Virus record (IMG/VR): IMGVR_UViG_3300048886_000288 | Location: 1 to 32,628 of that record | Origin: a virus | Taxonomy: Duplodnaviria; Caudoviricetes | Length of the DNA stretch: 32,628 nt | Reading direction: 5' to 3' (one strand) | Part shown: in pieces, positions 25,951-32,322 of the stretch | How the letters are laid out: each line of letters opens with the position of its first letter | How positions within the stretch are numbered: the stretch's first letter is position 1 | Notes under the pieces: model-generated | Told to the model about the DNA's origin: nothing | Database searches by the model: none | Seen by the model: only the letters and a program-made list of their open reading frames with translations | Made by a program: the position numbers and the translations under genes

Positions 25951-26289
25951 AGTATAAGTACCTGTTATATATGCTGACTGGTGGATTTAGAGCAAAGAGA
26001 ACCCATAGCCTCGCAGCTATTTGTTCTCTTATGCTGACCGGAGCCATTCGTCGCATTAGAGTCTGGTTTCTGATGGCTCCTGCCAAGACTTCTAGCCCAT
26101 ATCCGTCCCAGATACACCCTGGATAGGGGTTAATACGATGTGCGCGAACTGATGCCGTCCCTGTGGCTGATAACGCACAAAGTCGGGGTTTTGGCTTGAT
26201 GGGGCTTCGGTATGCTAGAATTTGCATGTCGGGGCGGCCATCAACCATATTCCCGATACCGGGGTCAGGCAATCGCCGCCCCGGTTCTC
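25951..26289 (-). ncRNA. Putative structured RNA of about 340 nt (long leader or replication pre-primer)
   Basis: Own promoter at 26295-26323; stems 26258-26264/26279-26285, 26196-26202/26238-26244, 26139-26144/26174-26179, 26040-26047/26073-26080, 25995-26002/26023-26030, the last capped by a GCGA tetraloop on the - strand. Confidence 0.55.
26211..26223 (+). promoter_or_regulatory. Candidate extended -10 promoter for an antisense RNA
   Basis: TGcTAGAAT at 26213-26221; the 13-mer TATGCTAGAATTT is identical to the candidate late promoter; no canonical -35. Confidence 0.45.
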
Positions 26290-26293
26290 TTTT
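26228..26293 (+). ncRNA. Putative antisense RNA of about 66 nt with two stem-loops and an intrinsic terminator
   Basis: Stem 26227-26234/26251-26258 needs G-U pairs available only on the + strand; GC-rich stem 26258-26285 followed by UCUCUUUU. Confidence 0.45.
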
Positions 26294-26294
26294 C

Positions 26295-26323
26295 AATTTA
26301 CGCCTAGTCGGGCGCATGTGCAA
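26295..26323 (-). promoter_or_regulatory. Sigma70-like promoter for the structured RNA
   Basis: TTGCAC (26323-26318), 17 nt, TAAATT (26300-26295). Confidence 0.6.
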
Positions 26324-26328
26324 CTAGG

Positions 26329-26847
26329 TTATGCCGCTTCACGGCGGCTACTTGTCGCAACAATAAATTCTGCCGGGAATTCACCCCATCTGAACGCCGC
26401 AAAACTGCTTGACCCGTCTGTATTGTTTTTTGCTATGCCAGGGACGTTGCCTGCGTCCATACCTACTAATTTACGATTGTAGCCAACCCGGAACACTCGC
26501 AAGTCGGCAAGCGTCCAACGGGCTAATCTTTCTTCTGCTTCATCGCAGAAGCCATAAAAAAAGTAATCGCCCCATCCTTCCAGTATTTTTGTCAATTCTG
26601 TTTTTGTCCCACTCGGACGCCCCGCCCGGATTGTGAACTCGTTAGCGTACTGCGGATTGCGTAAATAACTGTTTTTTCTAATCCGACAGCCAACACGTAC
26701 CGCATCGAGGCGCAGCACCATTAAATCGGTATTACGTTCAGCGTCTTCCTCGACGGGCGGTTCCGCTATCAGGTGCAGCCCTAGCGCCGCCTTTATTTCC
26801 GGCAGAAACCGGTCCGACCACCGCTTGTCGCGTTGCCAATTACTCAT
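26329..26847 (-). CDS. Putative PD-(D/E)XK-like restriction-endonuclease-fold protein
   Basis: EED...NTDLMVL...VGCRIR...EFTIR..RPSG..TEL.KI..GWGDYFFYGF; overlaps the MT-A70 gene by 8 nt. Confidence 0.5.
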   Translation of the reverse strand: MSNWQRDKRWSDRFLPEIKAALGLHLIAEPPVEEDAERNTDLMVLRLDAVRVGCRIRKNSYLRNPQYANEFTIRAGRPSGTKTELTKILEGWGDYFFYGFCDEAEERLARWTLADLRVFRVGYNRKLVGMDAGNVPGIAKNNTDGSSSFAAFRWGEFPAEFIVATSSRREAA

Positions 26848-27784
26848 TTATTTCGTTCCCCCACGGGGCAAACCCATCAATTTCGCGTCGTGCAAACATA
26901 TCAATACGCGGGCCGGTAGTTACGCGGCTTACCATGTCGTAAAAGGCTTCCGGTTTCTCGCTATGCTCCCCTCTGGGCGCGTTGAATACGGTTGAAAATG
27001 CCTTAGTGTCCACAAACTGCGGTGTGCCGATGCGGGCATATAGCGCAAATTCACCGTTGTACTGCGGTAGCCCTACCGGCTGGTAGCCACCTGGCTTGTG
27101 CCAGACAAACGTGCATACATAACGTGCGCCCCACGTTTCGAGGCACTGAAACGCAAGAGGTAAAAACTTTTGCGTAGTCCATGCAAACAAATGCGCATCT
27201 TCAGCAGCCGGTAATTTGATGGCTAATATCTCGTCTTCGCTCATTACCGGATAATCAAAAGCCACTTGGTTCGGACGCACTTCGCGCTCGATTTTTTCCA
27301 TCGGCCAGGGCGGGTCAATAACAATACATGAGTATGTGCCTTCCGGCGGGGCAACGTTCTGCTGTGTGCCGGTTAGCGCTTTCTGCGCCTTTACATATTG
27401 CCTAGCTTCGCGGACGGTCCAGCCTTCTGTGGCTGCTTGTTTAATTGCGTCCGCCCGGTCCGCCTCCGGCATTGCCGCGAGCTGTCTGCAAACGGTCCAC
27501 CCTACATTTTCGTTTCGATACGAAAGTTTGATTGCGTTAGCGACCCATTTATAATCCGCGAGCGCTTGGTATTCCGCTTCTGTTACGTCAATCGCTTGGG
27601 CGTAATTTTCCCCGTAATTCTTTTCGCCAATATTTAGCCAGTCACCAATCCACCACTGTACGGCCCGGTCCATGCGCTTGAGTGTTTCGCCCATTGCTAG
27701 CCACTCGTCAAACGTCGTGCCTTCGGCCATTTGCAAGCCGGTGAGTTTGAATTCAAAGCTATTCGATACTACCAGTTCACGCAC
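26840..27784 (-). CDS. MT-A70-family N6-adenine methyltransferase with an N-terminal LmbU/ParB-HTH-like domain
   Basis: IVIDPPW, HLFAWTT, FVWHK, REHSEKP-like GEHSEKPE, RIDMFAR; N-terminal FDEW..MG..L...VQWWIGDWL..GE..YGE.Y. Confidence 0.88.
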   Translation of the reverse strand: MRELVVSNSFEFKLTGLQMAEGTTFDEWLAMGETLKRMDRAVQWWIGDWLNIGEKNYGENYAQAIDVTEAEYQALADYKWVANAIKLSYRNENVGWTVCRQLAAMPEADRADAIKQAATEGWTVREARQYVKAQKALTGTQQNVAPPEGTYSCIVIDPPWPMEKIEREVRPNQVAFDYPVMSEDEILAIKLPAAEDAHLFAWTTQKFLPLAFQCLETWGARYVCTFVWHKPGGYQPVGLPQYNGEFALYARIGTPQFVDTKAFSTVFNAPRGEHSEKPEAFYDMVSRVTTGPRIDMFARREIDGFAPWGNEINE

Positions 27785-27863
27785 AGATTACCCCAAAATT
27801 AAAGCTGACTGCCGGGCACCGCGCCAGCTAAACGGCATTCCGGGGAGGAGGCCCCTGCCCTTG

Positions 27864-27904
27864 AATAAAAAGCCCGCAGCACCCCTCCGATGAGATGCGC
27901 GGGC
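27864..27904 (-). terminator. Intrinsic terminator downstream of the cro-like gene (possibly an attenuator)
   Basis: - strand GCCCGC GCAUCUC...GGGGUGC U GCGGGC followed by UUUUUAUU. Confidence 0.6.
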
Positions 27905-27963
27905 GAAAGCCACCGCTGACCATAAGCATCGCCCAGGATGCTCATAGCGAGGGGTAGCGGTGG

Positions 27964-28146
27964 TTAGTCGGCGGTTCTAACACGCTGTTCGAGTGCAACG
28001 ATGTTTGTGCCGAGAGTGTATTGCGGTTCGCGGTTCTCGCCGATTCGTAATCGGTGAATCTGTCGCCGCGTACACCCGCATTCCTCGGCTATTCCAGTGT
28101 CGGAATAGCCTTTCCGCCTTAAATACTCAAGTTTTCTAGTCCACAT
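27964..28146 (-). CDS. Cro-like HTH repressor (60 aa), probably leaderless
   Basis: LRRKGYSDTGIAEECGCTRRQIHRLRIGENREPQYTLG; ATG lies 6 nt after the -10 box with no RBS. Confidence 0.75.
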   Translation of the reverse strand: MWTRKLEYLRRKGYSDTGIAEECGCTRRQIHRLRIGENREPQYTLGTNIVALEQRVRTAD

Positions 28147-28152
28147 GCAGCA

Positions 28153-28181
28153 AGCATAGCGGGCCGTGCGCGGCCTGTCTA
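28153..28181 (-). promoter_or_regulatory. Leftward sigma70-like promoter with a palindromic operator in the spacer
   Basis: TAGACA (28181-28176), 17 nt, TATGCT (28158-28153); GGCCG-N4-CGGCC at 28162-28175. Confidence 0.65.
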
Positions 28182-28207
28182 CCTGAATATTTATTTGTAA
28201 ATAAAAC

Positions 28208-28236
28208 TTGCTATTTGTGCCGCGTGCGTCCATACT
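28208..28236 (+). promoter_or_regulatory. Rightward sigma70-like promoter
   Basis: TTGCTA (28208-28213), 17 nt, CATACT (28231-28236); AT-rich tract upstream; spacer holds a degenerate TGCCG-N4-CGTCC. Confidence 0.6.
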
Positions 28237-28268
28237 CTATATACGCACTACCAAAGAGGGGACAAGGG

Positions 28269-28550
28269 ATGAGCTTATCTAAATCACAACAAGCGAAAGT
28301 GCAGCGCGCATTGGCGCAACACGCGAGGCACCTCAACAGCTTTCACTGGACGCCACCAGTGAGCGCGGGACAGCGTCGTTACACTGAGCAGCAAAACAAC
28401 TGGTGTGTGTCATTCAAGCACGCCGGGGACACCTACACGTATGAATCCTGTGTCAGTTGTTCGTGCAAGAACTACTACTACCGCGGGGAATTTGCCGTTA
28501 ACGGCAAAAAGCGCACTGTTCGGGCTTTTCGGGCATTATTAGAAGGCTAA
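28269..28550 (+). CDS. Hypothetical early protein (93 aa)
   Basis: ATG at 28269 after a purine-rich RBS; first gene after the rightward promoter. Confidence 0.65.
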   Translation: MSLSKSQQAKVQRALAQHARHLNSFHWTPPVSAGQRRYTEQQNNWCVSFKHAGDTYTYESCVSCSCKNYYYRGEFAVNGKKRTVRAFRALLEG

Positions 28551-28580
28551 TGCCATTCTTTCCAAACTAGGGGAAACGAA

Positions 28581-28799
28581 ATGAATACACGCACTGAAAC
28601 AACCGTTAGGGTTGCGTGTCTGGGCTGCGGCCGAAAGGTCGCAATCGTCCCCGGGTCTCGGTCGACGAAGCGGCGTGTTAGGCATAAATGCCAGCACGGC
28701 CAATGGTGTGTTTTTGGGCACAGGCTGATGGGCAACGCAGGCATGAATCATTCGACATGCGAGAAGTGCCGAAGAGGAGGAACCGATGAAAGACTTTAA
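28581..28799 (+). CDS. Small Cys-rich (Zn-finger-like) hypothetical protein
   Basis: CLGC...HKCQHGQWC...CEKC; AGGGAA upstream. Confidence 0.5.
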   Translation: MNTRTETTVRVACLGCGRKVAIVPGSRSTKRRVRHKCQHGQWCVFGHRLMGNAGMNHSTCEKCRRGGTDERL

Positions 28800-28905
28800 C
28801 TACCTCGCGAACCAGCAGCCGAAGCGATCAGCATTCGACCGCTACCTTGTCGTCGAATGCCTGATGATTGCAGCGGTCGTCGCGTTTGCGTTTTTTCTAA
28901 TCTGA
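28786..28905 (+). CDS. Small membrane peptide (39 aa), not in the ORF track
   Basis: GAGGAGG RBS; MKDFNYLANQQPKRSAFDRYLVVECLMIAAVVAFAFFLI. Confidence 0.55.
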   Translation: MKDFNYLANQQPKRSAFDRYLVVECLMIAAVVAFAFFLI

Positions 28906-28918
28906 GGAGGAGACTGAA

Positions 28919-29221
28919 ATGAAGAAGCAAAATTTTATAGTACTGCACCGAATCACCGAAGCCGGAAGTTGGTATGTCGCGTCGTACTGCGAGGCGGACC
29001 AAGCAGAGACAGAGGTGGCTCGTTTGTCGGAAGAATTTCCCTCGACTGAAGTGAAAATGATGACGCTAGTCGGCAATAAATTTGAAGATGTGACCGGCGA
29101 GGGAGATAACTACGCAGATATTGAGCTGCCTGGATACAATTCAAAACAGCTCTTCGCCGACATCAACAAGATCACCGAAGATTACATCGCAATCAAAAAA
29201 TTGACGGGCGAATTAAAGTGA
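28919..29221 (+). CDS. Hypothetical protein
   Basis: GAGGAGG RBS, 100-aa ORF. Confidence 0.65.
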   Translation: MKKQNFIVLHRITEAGSWYVASYCEADQAETEVARLSEEFPSTEVKMMTLVGNKFEDVTGEGDNYADIELPGYNSKQLFADINKITEDYIAIKKLTGELK

Positions 29222-29430
29222 GTCGTCAAGAGTTCGACCGGCAGGGTGAAAATGCACCCAAAATGCTAGAACTAACCGAGAAAAAGGTAACCATGATGCG
29301 GGCTTTACGAGTCATTCGCGACGTTAGCAATCGCGCAAGTGACGAAGGCGTTAGGGTCGCTAGATTGCGTGGGGCGATAAAAGCAATTTCTACAGAAGCT
29401 GAAAAAGCACTAGCTAAGGTGGAACAATGA
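29218..29430 (+). CDS. Hypothetical protein
   Basis: GTGA and ATGA overlaps on both sides. Confidence 0.55.
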   Translation: MSRQEFDRQGENAPKMLELTEKKVTMMRALRVIRDVSNRASDEGVRVARLRGAIKAISTEAEKALAKVEQ

Positions 29431-30119
29431 GCGGCGCATCGCGAGACGCTTGGGACGACTACCAGGAAGAATTAACGAACGATCCAGGTTACAGCCAATG
29501 GCTCGATGACTTGGATTCCAAAACATACCAACAACAGGAGGACGAAATGTCATTAATATCTAAAACCGGATCAAGCGACGATTTTAAGCTGGTCCCAGAA
29601 GGAACTCATCTGGCTAGGTGTTATTTAATGGTAGATATCGGGCTGCAAGAAACGCCCTACGGCGACAAGGAGAAGGTCGTTTTGGGTTGGGAAATTCCCG
29701 AGCAGCTCACGGACGACGGGCGTCCGCTGATTATTTATTCGACTTATACCAATTCGATGCACGAAAAGTCGAATCTTCGCCGGGACATTGAGAACTGGCG
29801 CGGAAAGAAGTTGACCGACGACGAATCTCGGGCGTTCGACCTTCGTAACGTTCTCGGGCATCCATGTCAGCTTTCAATCGTTCACAACGAAAACAACAGC
29901 AGAACTTACGCCAACGTCCAGGCCGTCACTGGCATTCCCAAAGGTCTACCGGTCGCCGAAGCCGTCAACGATGTCGTCTGCTTCGACCTCGACGCCGGGG
30001 ACGACGTTTCTACTCTGCCTGATTGGCTACAAAGAAAAGTGTCAGATCGAAAATCAGCAGAGACAGCCGAGTTTGTCGAGGCTGTCGCAGAATCATTCGA
30101 CGACGACATACCGTTCTAA
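29427..30119 (+). CDS. Phage single-stranded DNA-binding-like protein (probable second start at 29547)
   Basis: VPEGTHLARCY..VDIG.Q...SMHEKSNLR..IE.WRG...YANV; acidic C-terminal DDDIPF typical of SSB tails; GGAGG precedes ATG 29547. Confidence 0.75.
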   Translation: MSGASRDAWDDYQEELTNDPGYSQWLDDLDSKTYQQQEDEMSLISKTGSSDDFKLVPEGTHLARCYLMVDIGLQETPYGDKEKVVLGWEIPEQLTDDGRPLIIYSTYTNSMHEKSNLRRDIENWRGKKLTDDESRAFDLRNVLGHPCQLSIVHNENNSRTYANVQAVTGIPKGLPVAEAVNDVVCFDLDAGDDVSTLPDWLQRKVSDRKSAETAEFVEAVAESFDDDIPF

Positions 30120-30120
30120 A

Positions 30121-30153
30121 GGGCAAAGGTAGGCTAACCCCTACCTTTTGCCC
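30121..30153. other. Strong intergenic hairpin after the SSB-like gene
   Basis: gggcaaa-ggtagg / cctacc-t-tttgccc, 13 bp with one bulge; second hairpin gggcc/ggccc at about 30168-30183; no U-tract. Confidence 0.55.
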
Positions 30154-30208
30154 GATAACCTCGTAGCGGGCCTGAAATGGCCCCGGAATCAACCATAGAG
30201 GGCGAATA

Positions 30209-30967
30209 ATGACTCACATAGCAGAATCGACGCACTGGTACGACAAAAACGGCAATCCGGCCTACGAGGTGCCGTATGCAGACCCGAAAAAAGGCATGCG
30301 GGCCGCTACGCTACGAGATGCGCGAAAGCTGGACTTATGGCCCGGATTTACCACCGTTAACAAGATGCTCGCGGCGCCGGGGCTGGAGCGGTGGAAACAG
30401 AATCAAATCTTCATGGCTGCACTCACTCTGCCGACAATCGAAGGTGAAACGGCAAAAGAGTTCGAGGCGCGAATCTGGGAAGACGCTAACGAACATAGCA
30501 GACAAGCCCGCGAACGCGGCACTGCAATACATGCTGCGGTGCAAGGCTGGTTTGAGAACGAAATACCACCGGGCGAATACCAAGAAATCTACGAAGCGGC
30601 GGACCTCGCTATGGACGAGCAGTTTGGCTACCAGGATTGGCGGTGTGAGCAGAGCTTTTATCACCCGGCCGGCTATGGCGGGAAGGTAGATATTAACGCA
30701 ACCGGCTATATCGGCGATTTCAAAACTAAAGAATTCGACAAAGACAACCCGCCTAAAGCCTACCCCGAGAACGGCATGCAGTTAGCCGCCTATCGGGAAG
30801 GGCTGAAGATGCCGGATGCGGTTTGCTTCAACTGTTTCATCAGCACGAATAACCCGGGCCTTGTTCATATCCATATCTGGGAAGAGGCGGAAATATCGGA
30901 CGAATGGAACGTATTTCGCAACCTGCTTGAGATTTGGCAGATACGCAATAGGCATAGGCCAGGATGA
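30209..30967 (+). CDS. PD-(D/E)XK exonuclease-like protein (Cas4/RecB-like fold)
   Basis: RGTAIH...E...GYGGKVD...IGDFKT...MQLAAY. Confidence 0.82.
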   Translation: MTHIAESTHWYDKNGNPAYEVPYADPKKGMRAATLRDARKLDLWPGFTTVNKMLAAPGLERWKQNQIFMAALTLPTIEGETAKEFEARIWEDANEHSRQARERGTAIHAAVQGWFENEIPPGEYQEIYEAADLAMDEQFGYQDWRCEQSFYHPAGYGGKVDINATGYIGDFKTKEFDKDNPPKAYPENGMQLAAYREGLKMPDAVCFNCFISTNNPGLVHIHIWEEAEISDEWNVFRNLLEIWQIRNRHRPG

Positions 30968-31734
30968 AAACCATTTTAAGTCTTGGTGCAGGGGTGCAGT
31001 CCTCTACGCTGGCACTGATGGCGGCGCATGGTGAGATAACGCCGATGCCAACGTGCGCTATTTTCGCTGATACGGGAAACGAGCCGGGGCATGTCTACGA
31101 ACACTTGGCCTTTCTCAAGACGTTATTGCCTTTTCCGGTTTACGAGGTCAGCGCAGGAAACTTAATTGCTGACGCTTTAGCCGATAAGCGTTCCGCATCA
31201 CTGCCTTATTTTACGGAAGATCGCGGGATGCACCCAAGGCAATGCACGTCAGATTACAAAATAGCGCCTGTCGATAAGAAAATACGGGAATTATTGGGCT
31301 TAAAGCGCGGCCAGCATTGGCCTAAAGAAAAAGTAGTTGATAAGTGGTTTGGCATATCGCTAGATGAAATCCAGCGTATGCGAGTTAGCCAAAGGCCAGC
31401 AGTCGAAAATCAATATCCTTTGATCGACAAACGGATGAACCGATGGGATTGCCTGAATTGGATGCGAGATAACGGCTACCCGAAACCACCACGGTCCGCC
31501 TGTATTGTTTGCCCATTTCACGACAATGAGGAATGGCATCGAATGAAAGCGGAAAACCCTAACGATTGGGCCTTTGCTGTCTCGTTTGATGAACAAGTAC
31601 GCAACAAGGTTGGTAACGATGCGGTTTATTTGCACCGTGATCGTGTGCCGCTTGATCAAGTCGATCTATCCACAGCCGCAGATCATGGGCAGTTATCGAT
31701 GCTGGACGAATGCGAAGGCATGTGCGGCATATGA
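30964..31734 (+). CDS. PP-loop (adenine nucleotide alpha hydrolase / PAPS-reductase-like) protein with a Cys cluster
   Basis: ILSLGAGVQSS, IFADTGNE, RQCTSDYKI, PPRSACIVCPF, ECEGMCG. Confidence 0.78.
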   Translation: MKTILSLGAGVQSSTLALMAAHGEITPMPTCAIFADTGNEPGHVYEHLAFLKTLLPFPVYEVSAGNLIADALADKRSASLPYFTEDRGMHPRQCTSDYKIAPVDKKIRELLGLKRGQHWPKEKVVDKWFGISLDEIQRMRVSQRPAVENQYPLIDKRMNRWDCLNWMRDNGYPKPPRSACIVCPFHDNEEWHRMKAENPNDWAFAVSFDEQVRNKVGNDAVYLHRDRVPLDQVDLSTAADHGQLSMLDECEGMCGI

Positions 31735-31877
31735 ATACTCAGTGCGACATAAGCGGCCGCTGGTTTGAGCTATGGGATGGGCATGGATTTCTAGGCACGC
31801 TGGACGATTCGGAGGATTGTTCCCCGTTTACTCCAATAATTGCCTTATGCCCAAAATGCTACGAGGGGCAGGAGTGA
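31731..31877 (+). CDS. Small hypothetical protein (48 aa), not in the ORF track
   Basis: ATGA overlap with the upstream gene; MNTQCDISGRWFELWDG...LCPKCYEGQE. Confidence 0.45.
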   Translation: MNTQCDISGRWFELWDGHGFLGTLDDSEDCSPFTPIIALCPKCYEGQE

Positions 31878-31950
31878 GAGACACCTACATTCAAAGCCAG
31901 CTCAAGGAATGGGCAGTGACGCAGGATTCTGACTCGGCGTCAGCACAAGC

Positions 31951-32319
31951 ATGAAAATGACATTGCCGCTTGCGCCATCGCAGAATCAGTTGTTAAGGAT
32001 GCACTGGGCAAAACGAAAAAGGATACAAAAAGATTTTGAATGGTTGATCGTTCAACAAGTCGGAAATCGAAGTTCCGCTTTGCGTGGTGTGCATGTCACG
32101 ATCACTCGGAAAAGTGTTGGCGTTGAGCCAGACCCTGACAATCTAACCGCCTCGGCTAAACTTATTCTTGATGCGCTACAACGTGTAAACGCCATCAAAG
32201 ATGACAGCCCTAAAAACATATCGTTAAAGGTGACGTGGGAAAGGGCATCAAAGAAAACAGATCAAGGCACTTTGGTTGAAATTGAAAAGTGGGATCTGGA
32301 TAAGGTGCAAGATGGCTGA
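31951..32319 (+). CDS. rusA: RusA-like Holliday junction resolvase
   Basis: LPLAPSQN...HW...DPDNL...K.ILDAL....IKDD catalytic Asp/Lys pattern. Confidence 0.82.
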   Translation: MKMTLPLAPSQNQLLRMHWAKRKRIQKDFEWLIVQQVGNRSSALRGVHVTITRKSVGVEPDPDNLTASAKLILDALQRVNAIKDDSPKNISLKVTWERASKKTDQGTLVEIEKWDLDKVQDG

Positions 32320-32322
32320 TAG

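Noticed and set aside
25937-26323. 128-aa ORF on the - strand covering the structured region
   Set aside because: Its TTG start is the -35 box of the predicted promoter, so it lies upstream of the transcript start; it has no RBS and no recognisable motif, and the region is dense with stems.
27790-27963. tRNA in the hairpin-rich intergenic region
   Set aside because: No T-loop (GTTCRA), D-loop or cloverleaf spacing on either strand.
30209-30967. CRISPR-associated Cas4
   Set aside because: No Fe-S cysteine pattern, array or other cas genes; it fits an ordinary phage PD-(D/E)XK exonuclease next to an SSB.
31874-31954. 26-aa ORF (VRDTYIQSQLKEWA...) as a remnant of a Q-like antiterminator
   Set aside because: The resemblance covers only a few residues and cannot be supported without a search, although it overlaps both neighbouring genes by 4 nt.
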